Shown in pieces: positions 1 through 9,230 of a DNA stretch of 64,000 nucleotides. Below the pieces are notes generated by a model. The model saw only the letters and a list, made by a program, of their open reading frames with translations. It made no database searches and was not told the origin of the DNA. The translations under genes were made by a program, and so were the position numbers. How positions within the stretch are numbered: the stretch's first letter is position 1; every line of letters begins with the position of its first letter. This stretch comes from a bacterium. GTDB lineage: Bacteria; Patescibacteriota; Minisyncoccia; Phycocordibacterales; UBA1006. Location: the NCBI GenBank assembly GCA_037144045.1, contig JBAWXN010000002.1, positions 150,875-214,874 on the forward strand, given 5' to 3'.

Positions 1-620
1 CCTGAACCGAAAACAGTTTCCATGATTTTTGAAATTTGATGCGAGTCTTTTTCTTCGAAGATTTTTTTAAGTCGCGTTTCGACATCAATATCCTTGTGAA
101 CATTAGTTACGATTTCTTGAAGGTTTTCATCAGAAATATCAAGGAGTCCACCACGTCCTGCTTCTGACGCAGAAATATCGTTATAGCGCCCCCATGCTTT
201 TTTTAGACTCCGACTCGATGCCATGGACAAGTTAGTCTGGTATCCTAAGCCTTCAAGGCGATTCACTTCAGCAATAGTAATAGGGTTAGTAGGGGATTTT
301 ACGGCAATTTCCAATTTTTTACCTACCATGGCAAATGTTGCCATTTCACCCGATTCAAGCACTTTTTTATTAAGTGCCATTTGTTCATCAGATGATAATT
401 TATCAATGCCGATGAGTTTTTTGAGCTCATCAAGATTTTCCATCCCACAGGCAACCTTGATAGTAATGAGTTTTAAGGCATCTGTGTTGATCGTTTGACC
501 CGTAAGGTCGATATAAGGCACGCCAATATCGTCAGCAATATGCTGGGTGAGGGCTTCTTCTTCTTGGCTGCGAAGGTCCGAAATAAGCTTATTTTGCTCA
601 ACTTCTAGGTATTTAACCAT
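1..620 (-). CDS. GspE/PilB-family pilus assembly ATPase, N-terminal part (runs off window)
   Basis: Manual translation from ATG at 620: MVKYLEVEQNKLISDLRSQEEEALTQHIADDIGVPYIDL...; GVPYIDL is typical of the MshEN/GspE N-domain; open to window edge. Confidence 0.7.
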   Translation of the reverse strand, partial: MVKYLEVEQNKLISDLRSQEEEALTQHIADDIGVPYIDLTGQTINTDALKLITIKVACGMENLDELKKLIGIDKLSSDEQMALNKKVLESGEMATFAMVGKKLEIAVKSPTNPITIAEVNRLEGLGYQTNLSMASSRSLKKAWGRYNDISASEAGRGGLLDISDENLQEIVTNVHKDIDVETRLKKIFEEKDSHQISKIMETVFGS

Positions 621-738
621 AATTACCCGTAAGTATACCAGAAAAGTCAAAAAAACACCTAATAGAAAACCGGTAAAAAGCCTTATTTTCTAGGCTAAAA
701 GGAGGCCTTTTCGCACAGAAAAAGCAAGGCCTTGACAC

Positions 739-767
739 TTGACAAATAATGCAGAGTATGCTAAGAT
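739..767 (+). promoter_or_regulatory. sigma70-type promoter
   Basis: TTGACA-17-TAAGAT with TG extension upstream of ORF 825. Confidence 0.6.
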
Positions 768-824
768 AGTAACAAGTAAAAAACTAGCTCAATTTTGGGC
801 GATAAAAGATAAAATCAATAGAAA

Positions 825-2252
825 ATGAAAAACATCTTAATGTTCTTTGTAATTTTTACAAGTTATTGGGCACAAGCCCAAACAGGTAAGCCTTCGGGAG
901 TATTCTCCCTCAACGGTCAGCAAACCGTTGGAAATGATGACATTTATTACGCAACAATAGAAGAATACCTTGCATTTTTATGCGATGGTGTTCTGCCAGG
1001 AGGTATTACCTCATGGAACGGTGCGGTAGTAGGCGGAGTGAAAGTTTCTCACGAGCGTGCGTTTTTCGAATCGCATGTCGCTGAGTTGCAACTAACTGCA
1101 GTGTCTCAGATCAGCGATCAGTTGATTGTCATAAATAATGACAACGCAGGAAAAATCTTTGGTGCAAATCCTACGGTTGCAAAATACCGCGGTTTCATCA
1201 AGAGCCACATGGAAATCATGGATCTACAATTCATCCTAACCGGTAGCGATACTGTGGTGTGGATGTTGGGAGAGTATGGTGACTTTACTAAAGGAAAATT
1301 CGTCAAGCATTTAAAAGCTGACGGGAAGTACTTTGTGATGAAGGTTAACAACAAATTGTATGTTATTGCTCGCGTATCATGCTTCAACAACGTTACTCTT
1401 AAGGAAACGTTATGGTTGCAAACCGGAGTTGCAAAACTGAGGAATCAGCCAAGTGACGAAGGTAATCGTGGCGAAGACTACAACGACCCTACCGATCCTA
1501 AAAAACCTAATCCATCGCCTAAACCTCGTAAGGTGACCGTGAATGGAGAAGAAGTTGCGGACGTAACATCAGCTGGAGGCGACATTAACATTACTCTTAA
1601 CGGAGGCAATGCTACTGCAACTATCGGTGACATTAATGTTAAAGGAGGAAGCTCTAATAATATTAATAATGTTACCGGTGGTGCTCAACGTACTGTAAAT
1701 GAGCCGATTCAAACCCCTTGGGGTCCGGCTACTACTTACCAACGTCAGTCACGCTACGATGTTGTTGACGGTGTTTACCACGATAGGTCAGCTGCCTACT
1801 TTGCCTCGTTACCGTCTTCAAACCCAAATTATGGTGTTGCAAACAACATTGCGAATTGGTTGTTTGGAAATGGCTGCAATGGCTACGGCTATTATAACCA
1901 GTGTGGTCAAACCTACTGTGTTGGTGGAAACTGGAATAACAACCAGTTCCAACCCAACTGGAACCAGTGCTATCAATATGGCAATGGCGGATGGGGTTTG
2001 AATATTGGGTTCAATTTTGGAACCGCACGGAACGCAACGTTCTGCGGTGGTTACAACGGTCCTACATGGGTAGCTCCAAGTCATCAGGGTTGGAATACTG
2101 CTCCACGTGGTGCAGTGAATAACTACTATACCAACCACACCATTCCTCCAGTTTCTGGTCCTCGTATGGGGCCTACGATTGGAGCGGGTAACAACACGGG
2201 TGGTGGTAATAACCCTGGTGGCGGTCCGCATATGGGATACACACACCGATAA
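825..2252 (+). CDS. Secreted hypothetical protein with G/N/Y/Q-rich low-complexity C-terminus
   Basis: 475-aa ORF, signal peptide (..YWAQA|Q), own promoter and terminator. Confidence 0.75.
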   Translation: MKNILMFFVIFTSYWAQAQTGKPSGVFSLNGQQTVGNDDIYYATIEEYLAFLCDGVLPGGITSWNGAVVGGVKVSHERAFFESHVAELQLTAVSQISDQLIVINNDNAGKIFGANPTVAKYRGFIKSHMEIMDLQFILTGSDTVVWMLGEYGDFTKGKFVKHLKADGKYFVMKVNNKLYVIARVSCFNNVTLKETLWLQTGVAKLRNQPSDEGNRGEDYNDPTDPKKPNPSPKPRKVTVNGEEVADVTSAGGDINITLNGGNATATIGDINVKGGSSNNINNVTGGAQRTVNEPIQTPWGPATTYQRQSRYDVVDGVYHDRSAAYFASLPSSNPNYGVANNIANWLFGNGCNGYGYYNQCGQTYCVGGNWNNNQFQPNWNQCYQYGNGGWGLNIGFNFGTARNATFCGGYNGPTWVAPSHQGWNTAPRGAVNNYYTNHTIPPVSGPRMGPTIGAGNNTGGGNNPGGGPHMGYTHR

Positions 2253-2292
2253 TAATAACTTGTAACTACACAGCTAGGGATATCCTAGCACC

Positions 2293-2332
2293 AGAAAGGT
2301 TCTTGTTCGCAAGAGTAAGAACCTTTCATTTA
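2293..2332 (+). terminator. Intrinsic terminator with GCAA loop
   Basis: gaaaggttcttgttc-gcaa-gagtaagaacctttc followed by atttat. Confidence 0.7.
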
Positions 2333-2398
2333 TTGAGCTTTTAAGGACTCCTTGAAGGTTCATAGATGTCGGTTTTATTAAAAAGATACAAATTTATT

Positions 2399-4543
2399 AT
2401 GATGAAAAATATTATTAAAAAAATTACATCGTTTGGTATTTTGATCGCAGTAGTTGCTGTTGCGCCTTTAGCGTCTGCAAACTATTCAATCAACTCATTA
2501 TCAAATGACTGTAAAACAGTGACGATTGCTAACCACACCACAGGTGTAGGTGCCGTTGATCCTTGTTGGCCAAATACTTCAGTTAATGCAGCCATTGGCG
2601 AAGTAATTAACGTTGCTATTTATTATAACAACAGTGGAACAACAAATGCAGACAATGTCTCATTCAAGTTGTCAGATCCACAAAATCAAACTATTACTAA
2701 TAATGGATCGCTTTCTATGACAGGGTCAATCCTTGTTAATGGACAAGTTGTGAAGTCAGGAGTAGTTACGGTTAATGTTTCAGGAGGTCCTTCAGCACTT
2801 ACGCTTGGGAACGTAATGCGATATGACCAGGCTGCAAATGCAAACCTTCCTGTTTCAGGAGGAAATGCAATCTTGAGTTCTGGATTCAACTATGGAACGC
2901 TTGCTCCAGGGTGGTCAAACCAAGGAGTAATAAAAGTAAGCTTCACGGTTGTTTCAGCTACTAACGGAGGAGGTGGAACCAATGGTATCGCTCCTAACGT
3001 TTCAACAAGTCAATATTCAAACTTCAATGCAAACTACGGAAACGTAACATTGAACGGAAACTTTGATTCAAACGGATACACAACAACTACTTCATTCAAA
3101 TACCGTGTAAACGGTGGTGCGTGGATAGATGCTTGTGTTACTAACCGAGGAACAGGTTCAGGATCATATAACTGTGATCTTACCAACTTGTCTGCAGGTA
3201 CGTATGAATATAAGGCCTATGCAACTAATGCATACGGAAATGATGAAGGAAGTATCTTTACCTTTGTTATTTCTGGAAACAATACCACATCATGTCCTTC
3301 AGGATATACATGGAACGGAAACTACTGTGTAGTAAACACCACTTCATGTCCATCAGGTTACTACCTTTCTGGTAATACCTGTATTCAAAATCCTGTGTCA
3401 TGTCCAAGTGGATACTATGTTTCTGGAAATACCTGTGTACAGAACCCAGTATCATGTCCATCAGGTTACTACCTTTCTGGTAATACCTGTATTCAAAATC
3501 CTGTAGTTCAAAACTGTGGTTACAACCAATACTGGAACGGTTCATACTGTGTGAACAATCAACCAACTACAAGTCTTCCGACAGTTTCAACTCTTGGAAC
3601 GATTTCTGTAGGAGCAACAGCGGTTGCGGTTGATGGATACTACACTGCAAATGGATGTGATGTATATACTTTATTCAAATATGGTATGACTCAATCATTG
3701 GGTAATACTACTAGTGAAGTAAATCGATCAAATGGTTCAGGTTCAATGGCACAATCCCTTTCAGGATTGTCAGCGAACACTACATATTACTACCAAGCAC
3801 AAGCACGAAACTGTGTAGGTACTACTACAGGATCAATTCGATCATTCACAACATCAAACGATACTACTCGAGACACAGTAATCATTCGAACAATTACCAA
3901 CAACACTACAACTAATGGTGGAGGAGGAAACGCGTTCATTAAATTAATGATTACTAATAACCGAGAAATCGTTCGAGGTGACAAGGAAATGACGTACGAA
4001 GTTTCATGGGAAAACGTTTCAGGACGTGACCTTCAAAACTTGGTATTGGAAACAAATTTCCCTGACCAATTAGACGTTCTTGATACTGATCATGGATCAA
4101 TCAAGCGAGAAGCGCATTCAGTAATCTATAAGATCGGTGATCTTAAGAAAAATGAATCAGGTTCAATGGATATTACCGCGCAAGTAACTTCAGGACTTCG
4201 AAACGGAGACCCAGTAGTTGCCCAAGCAATTATGGCCTTTGAAAACCCTAAAACTCGAGCTGCTGAAAACGCAATTGCGTATGACGCAGACGAATTTGCA
4301 ACCGTAGATGGAAACAGTGTTTTTGGAGCTTCGCTCTTTGGACTTGATTTCCTTCCTACGTCACTTGCTGGATGGTTGTTAATCTTCTTAATCTTACTTA
4401 TCATTATTATTCTTGCTCATTCGTATTTCTCTCGAAATCGAGGAGCACAGGTAATGATTAACAGTGGAAATGTTCCAAATAACATTCCTGTAGATCAAGC
4501 TGGAAATGACTATGTCGTTTACCGACCAACGCCTAAGCAATAA
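2399..4543 (+). CDS. Cell-surface protein: signal peptide, FN3/DUF11-like beta domains, Cys-rich repeats, C-terminal TM anchor
   Basis: LSAGTYEYKAYATN and LSANTTYYYQAQARN FN3-like strands; CPSGYYLSGNTC repeats; hydrophobic segment near C-terminus. Confidence 0.8.
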   Translation: MMKNIIKKITSFGILIAVVAVAPLASANYSINSLSNDCKTVTIANHTTGVGAVDPCWPNTSVNAAIGEVINVAIYYNNSGTTNADNVSFKLSDPQNQTITNNGSLSMTGSILVNGQVVKSGVVTVNVSGGPSALTLGNVMRYDQAANANLPVSGGNAILSSGFNYGTLAPGWSNQGVIKVSFTVVSATNGGGGTNGIAPNVSTSQYSNFNANYGNVTLNGNFDSNGYTTTTSFKYRVNGGAWIDACVTNRGTGSGSYNCDLTNLSAGTYEYKAYATNAYGNDEGSIFTFVISGNNTTSCPSGYTWNGNYCVVNTTSCPSGYYLSGNTCIQNPVSCPSGYYVSGNTCVQNPVSCPSGYYLSGNTCIQNPVVQNCGYNQYWNGSYCVNNQPTTSLPTVSTLGTISVGATAVAVDGYYTANGCDVYTLFKYGMTQSLGNTTSEVNRSNGSGSMAQSLSGLSANTTYYYQAQARNCVGTTTGSIRSFTTSNDTTRDTVIIRTITNNTTTNGGGGNAFIKLMITNNREIVRGDKEMTYEVSWENVSGRDLQNLVLETNFPDQLDVLDTDHGSIKREAHSVIYKIGDLKKNESGSMDITAQVTSGLRNGDPVVAQAIMAFENPKTRAAENAIAYDADEFATVDGNSVFGASLFGLDFLPTSLAGWLLIFLILLIIIILAHSYFSRNRGAQVMINSGNVPNNIPVDQAGNDYVVYRPTPKQ
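3344..3505 (+). repeat. 3 x 54-bp tandem coding repeat (SCPSGYYLSGNTCIQNPV)
   Basis: Units start at 3344, 3398 and 3452; units 1 and 3 nearly identical; degenerate units flank them. Confidence 0.9.
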
Positions 4544-4652
4544 CACAACGCTCACGAATTAAACGTTCTATGTGAGTGCTGTCCCTTAACAAAAACCCTC
4601 TCGCGAGGGTTTTTGTATTGCCTGAAATAAGTTCTTATAGTATAAGAACGCT

Positions 4653-5081
4653 ATGGAATACACCCTTGAACACGTTCCGCAGATTGCTGAACACATTTTA
4701 ACAACAGCACTTAAAAGTAAATCGCCAGAACACGCAACGATGATTACTTTTTCGGGTGATTTGGGTGCGGGTAAAACAACACTTATTCAAGAAATCGCAA
4801 AACACCTAGGGGTAGTAGACAGTCTTCAAAGTCCTACATTTGTTATTTATAAACACTATACAATCCCAGAAGGGCAATTCAAGGCACTTATCCATGGTGA
4901 TATGTATCGCCTCGAATCTGCAGAAGAAATAGAAAAACTAGGCTGGAATGAACTGATTACTGATCCAAATACTATTATATGTATCGAATGGCCAGAAAAA
5001 ATAACCGGAGCTATTCCGGAATGGGCAACGTGTGTTGTGATACATTACCTAGGTGGTGAGAAACGGTCTCTTGAAATATAA
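4653..5081 (+). CDS. tsaE: tRNA threonylcarbamoyladenosine biosynthesis ATPase TsaE
   Basis: GDLGAGKTT, SPTF, HGDMYRL and IEWPE motifs. Confidence 0.95.
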   Translation: MEYTLEHVPQIAEHILTTALKSKSPEHATMITFSGDLGAGKTTLIQEIAKHLGVVDSLQSPTFVIYKHYTIPEGQFKALIHGDMYRLESAEEIEKLGWNELITDPNTIICIEWPEKITGAIPEWATCVVIHYLGGEKRSLEI

Positions 5082-5088
5082 TAAGGGT

Positions 5089-7473
5089 ATGAAAAAACTC
5101 GTACTCCTCGACGCGCACGCATTGCTGCATCGTGCTTATCATGCACTACCAGAATTCACTAATTCCCAAGGGGTGCCAACAGGGGGTCTTTATGGGTATA
5201 CGTCGATGATATTTAGAATTGCTACCGACTTAAAACCGGACTATATTGTTGCGTGTTATGACCTGCCACAGAAAACATTTCGTCATGAGGCTTATGATGC
5301 CTATAAAGGACACCGAGCAAAAACAGATACGGCGCTTGTAGATCAAATAACGTCTTCGCGAGTCTTGTGTGAAAAATTAAATATTCCTATTTATGATTTA
5401 GCAGGGTTTGAAGCCGACGACATGCTGGGAACCATTGTTGAGCAAATGAAGCAAGAAAAAAACCTCGAAATTATTATTGCAACAGGCGACATGGATTCAC
5501 TGCAATTAGTTACCGGAAAAAAGGTTCGGGTGTTCACGTTGAAGAAAGGAATGAATGACACGGTAATTTACGACGAAGATGCTGTAAATGAACGCTACGG
5601 ATTTGGTCCAGAATTCCTTACGGACTATAAAGGACTTCGAGGTGATCCTTCAGATAATATTATTGGGGTTCCAGGTATTGGTGAAAAAACAGCTACTGAA
5701 ATTATTTTAAAATTTGGAAGCATTGAAAACGTATATAGTATTCTTCATAGCGATCGAAATACATTAATCAAAGAAGGTATTAAGGAGCGTATTGTAGGGT
5801 TACTCGAAGAACACGAAGAGTCAGCGTTATTTTCAAAAACACTGGCTACGATTCGTCGCGATGCGCCTATTCATTTCGCGCTGCCAGAAAAAACATGGAA
5901 AGATGGTTTCGAAGTTGAGGCCGCTGAGGTATTCCTTCGAGACTATGAATTTAAATCTTTAATAACGCGATTAAAGAATATTGTTGGTGTTACTCCTCAG
6001 TCCTCACAGGGCCTCGGACAGCTCCCCTTATCAGAGGAGCAAGACTCACCTCTTCTTGAAGTTTCACAAGAAATGAAAATTGCGATGTGGTTGCTGAATT
6101 CAGAAAATGCAAACGCAACAACAGAAGACGTTCTTCACTATACTCGAACAAAAAACCTTATTGGTGCGCAACAAAAACTCGAAGAGGAGATTAAAGAAAG
6201 TAGTCTTGGTTTTGTGTATGAATCGATTGAGCTACCACTTATTCCAATTCTTAAAAAGATGCAGCAGCATGGAGTACTTGTTGATAAAAAATATTTACTC
6301 GACTTATCACAAGAATTTCATGAGCAGCTCAAGAAGTACGAAGCAAAGATCTACACACACGTAGGACATGAATTTAACATTAATTCCCCTAAGCAATTGG
6401 GTGAGATACTGTTTGGAGAAATGAATATTCAAGCGAATATTAAAGGCTTCAAGGTTAAAAAGACAGCAAGTGGTACGTATTCAACTCGTGAATCTGATCT
6501 AGAAAAGCTGGTAGATGTACACCCTATTATTGCTGACATATTTGAATATCGTGAACTTCAAAAACTCCTTTCAACATACGTAGATAATATTCCGGAAATG
6601 CTCGATGACCAGTCACGCCTCCATCCAGAATTATTACAAATGGGTGCAGCTACAGGACGGTTCTCGTGTCAAAACCCAAACATTCAAAATATTCCTATTC
6701 GCGGTGAACAGGGAAAACGATTGCGTAACGCATTTATTGCACCGAGTGATTCAGTATTGATAGCAGCAGATTATTCACAAATTGAATTACGCAGTGCTGC
6801 TATTTTATCAGGAGACCCCATCTTGATTGAAACCTTTAAACAAAATAAAGATATTCACACATCGGTTGCGTCTCGGGTATTCCATGTAGACGAAGCTGAG
6901 GTTACTGGTGATATGCGTCGTAAGGCGAAGGTGATCAACTTCGGAATTTTGTATGGTATGGGAGTTACTGCACTTCAGAAAAACCTTGGTACTGACCGGA
7001 AAGAAGCCCAAGCGTTTTACGATGAATATTTCAAGCAAATGACGGGATTGTCGCAATATATAGACTATACCATTATGACCGCCAAGAAAAAGGGGTACAC
7101 CGAAACCTTGTTCGGAAGACGTCGATCGTTTCCTGGGCTCCAATCAAAAATTCCCTTTGTAAAAGCAATGGCAGAACGTGCTGCAAGTAATGCCCCTATT
7201 CAGGGTACGACGGCGGATATTATCAAGCTTGCTATGATTGAGCTCGATAAAGCAATCACTCATCAAGGAGTATCTGATAAGATTGCCATGACGATGCAAA
7301 TTCACGATGAATTAGTATTCGAAGTAAAAAAAGACTTTATTGATCAAGCTGAGAAACTTATCACAGAAACCATGGAAGGAGTCCTGGAGTTATCACCTCG
7401 ACCCATTGAAAATAAGGTGCCCATTACGATATCAGTAGCTCACGGATCAAACTGGGGAGCTGCAAAAGATTAA
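5089..7473 (+). CDS. polA: DNA polymerase I (5'-3' exonuclease plus polymerase; proofreading domain apparently absent)
   Basis: LLDAHALLHRAYHA, EADD, GDPSDNIIGVPGIGEKTA, ADYSQIELR, KVINFGILYG, QIHDELVFE. Confidence 0.97.
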   Translation: MKKLVLLDAHALLHRAYHALPEFTNSQGVPTGGLYGYTSMIFRIATDLKPDYIVACYDLPQKTFRHEAYDAYKGHRAKTDTALVDQITSSRVLCEKLNIPIYDLAGFEADDMLGTIVEQMKQEKNLEIIIATGDMDSLQLVTGKKVRVFTLKKGMNDTVIYDEDAVNERYGFGPEFLTDYKGLRGDPSDNIIGVPGIGEKTATEIILKFGSIENVYSILHSDRNTLIKEGIKERIVGLLEEHEESALFSKTLATIRRDAPIHFALPEKTWKDGFEVEAAEVFLRDYEFKSLITRLKNIVGVTPQSSQGLGQLPLSEEQDSPLLEVSQEMKIAMWLLNSENANATTEDVLHYTRTKNLIGAQQKLEEEIKESSLGFVYESIELPLIPILKKMQQHGVLVDKKYLLDLSQEFHEQLKKYEAKIYTHVGHEFNINSPKQLGEILFGEMNIQANIKGFKVKKTASGTYSTRESDLEKLVDVHPIIADIFEYRELQKLLSTYVDNIPEMLDDQSRLHPELLQMGAATGRFSCQNPNIQNIPIRGEQGKRLRNAFIAPSDSVLIAADYSQIELRSAAILSGDPILIETFKQNKDIHTSVASRVFHVDEAEVTGDMRRKAKVINFGILYGMGVTALQKNLGTDRKEAQAFYDEYFKQMTGLSQYIDYTIMTAKKKGYTETLFGRRRSFPGLQSKIPFVKAMAERAASNAPIQGTTADIIKLAMIELDKAITHQGVSDKIAMTMQIHDELVFEVKKDFIDQAEKLITETMEGVLELSPRPIENKVPITISVAHGSNWGAAKD

Positions 7474-7509
7474 GCTTGCGTAAAAAATAATCCGTTATAC
7501 ACTACAACT

Positions 7510-7986
7510 ATGAACAAAGGAATTAAAGCATTTTTCGGAATTGTTTCCGCATCACCAATATTATTTTTAATCGGACTTACGCTGTCATTTATACTATTCC
7601 AAGCGTTTCCGATTCCATTAGTTACTAATATTGCATTTGCTAATGCGCTAACCGCACTGGGAGCTATCCTTATTTTAGGCGGGACCAGTCTTGCTTTTGC
7701 AGCACAGCGAATAAGTCGTGTGGTGACCAGTCCAAAATACAAAGCTACATGTCCTGATTTGATGCAAGGGCCCTATTCTGTAAGTCGTCACCCAGGATCA
7801 CTATCGCTCATGGTTATGTATGTTGGATTTTCACTGGTAGTAAATTCGTTAGTAATGATTGGGTTGGCTGCAATACTCATCTTACTATTAACCCTCGTAT
7901 TCGTACCTGTGCAAGAAAAAGTAATTTCAGAACTTTGTCCTGAAGCTTACGCAGAATACAAAACTAAGGTGCGTATGTGGATTTAG
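7510..7986 (+). CDS. ICMT/PEMT-family membrane methyltransferase-like protein
   Basis: TM helices plus GPYSVSRHP and YAEYKTKVRMWI motifs. Confidence 0.75.
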   Translation: MNKGIKAFFGIVSASPILFLIGLTLSFILFQAFPIPLVTNIAFANALTALGAILILGGTSLAFAAQRISRVVTSPKYKATCPDLMQGPYSVSRHPGSLSLMVMYVGFSLVVNSLVMIGLAAILILLLTLVFVPVQEKVISELCPEAYAEYKTKVRMWI

Positions 7987-8066
7987 AAAAATCCGCTCGC
8001 GCAGGAAAACTTTCTTTTCTGAAGTTTACGAAGAAAAAAAGTTGTTCCGCAGCGAAAAGGATTTTT
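7987..8066. repeat. Long imperfect intergenic hairpin
   Basis: aaaaatcc...aactttcttttct/agaaaaaaagtt...ggattttt. Confidence 0.55.
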
Positions 8067-8073
8067 GAATACT

Positions 8074-8679
8074 ATGATTAATTTTTACATCGGAAAACCC
8101 AATAATCCAATAAATGCCGAATCACTCGATGCGGCATTTATTGGATTACCTATTATTTTTGAAATGATTCAGTCACCTGATTTGTTTGGCGAGAAAAAAA
8201 CATATCGCATCGTCGGCGTTGAAAGTGATGATGTGTTGCGCCAAGAGTTTTTTAAAACATTTCCTGAAGTAGATCGTGTTGTTCACGATGTGATCGTAGT
8301 GTTTGATAAAATTCTTGCCCCAGAAAAAAAGAAGCTCGATCCGCGTATTACTATTACTGAAACAAAACCGGTTAAGGCACCTACAGAAGCATTCAATCCG
8401 TTTTCATTAGGAAATGCGTTTGCGTCAGGAGACAAGAAAAAAGCATGGATGGTATTTCAAGAACTTATTGCGCATGATGATGAAATGGAAAAAACGCATG
8501 GACTCGTATGGTGGAAACTTAAAGATATGATACAGAAAGGGAGTGGTTTCTCTAAATTACAATTAGAAGTGATGGCAAGAAATTTGGTTGCCACGTATCA
8601 TGAATCGCGACTAGGAGGGCTCGGCATGAAAGAACGCCTCGAATTATTCTTTCTAACATTACCTGAAATAAAAAAATAA
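8074..8679 (+). CDS. Divergent DNA polymerase III delta (HolA)-like protein
   Basis: SPDLFGEK motif; FNPFSLGNAFASGDKKKAW helical C-domain seen in CPR delta subunits. Confidence 0.55.
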   Translation: MINFYIGKPNNPINAESLDAAFIGLPIIFEMIQSPDLFGEKKTYRIVGVESDDVLRQEFFKTFPEVDRVVHDVIVVFDKILAPEKKKLDPRITITETKPVKAPTEAFNPFSLGNAFASGDKKKAWMVFQELIAHDDEMEKTHGLVWWKLKDMIQKGSGFSKLQLEVMARNLVATYHESRLGGLGMKERLELFFLTLPEIKK

Positions 8680-8683
8680 AAAC

Positions 8684-8786
8684 AAAAAAACATATTCGCT
8701 GCGTGACTACTTTTTTTATCGCTTGCTCCGGATGCCGGAATTGCAAGCTGCGAAAAGAAAGTGTCACTGTGCGAATATGTTTTTTT
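8684..8786. repeat. ~100-nt imperfect inverted repeat
   Basis: aaaaaaacatattcgc..gtgac..tccgg atg ccgga..gtcac..gcgaatatgttttttt. Confidence 0.75.
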
Positions 8787-8791
8787 ACAAA

Positions 8792-8998
8792 TAAATAAAC
8801 CCATTCTTTTGGAATGAGTGTATAGATCGTTAAATATTTTTATTATTCAGTTTTTATATAAGAGTAGAGACAGTTTGTTGTTTTGTTTTTTATTTGAAAG
8901 AACTTACAAAAGAACTGTCGCCTTATCAAAACCTCGTTTTTATTTAATCCCGTAAGCCGGGTGAACGTGTGAGGTTGATAAGAACTTTAATCTGAATA
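8792..8998 (-). ncRNA. Candidate structured ncRNA
   Basis: Minus-strand promoter TTGCAT-17-TATACT (9028-9000); four nested stems; terminator near 8792-8820; no ATG before the terminator. Confidence 0.45.
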
Positions 8999-9102
8999 TA
9001 GTATACCGACAAAAAATAAATCATGCAAAGAGTTTAGAGAAGATAACTGGGGATAACTTTTCATGCATAAGAAAATCCCCGAGGTGGGGATTTTCTTAAT
9101 AG

Positions 9103-9175
9103 TGCGTCCGGTAGGAATCGAACCTACGACCCTCTGCTTAAAAGGCAGGTGCTCTACCGACTGAGCTACGGACGC
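9103..9175 (-). tRNA. tRNA-Lys(UUU)
   Basis: GCGTCCG acceptor stem, loop CTTTTAA, GTTCGATT T-loop. Confidence 0.95.
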
Positions 9176-9230
9176 GTGTAGTGTGCCTTGCTACTTGCTT
9201 TATGCGAGACGAACAGTACTATATCTAAAT

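Noticed and set aside
223-498. 91-aa plus-strand ORF and the many other short overlapping ORFs in the track
   Set aside because: Antisense or out-of-frame shadows of well-supported genes (here the PilB/GspE-like gene)
2338-2366. Possible 11-bp-period OmpR-type direct repeats upstream of the surface protein gene
   Set aside because: Too degenerate to link to the regulator at 44591-45286 without motif statistics
5089-7473. Short PolA lacking a 3'-5' exonuclease domain as a novelty
   Set aside because: Loss or degeneration of this domain is common in reduced genomes
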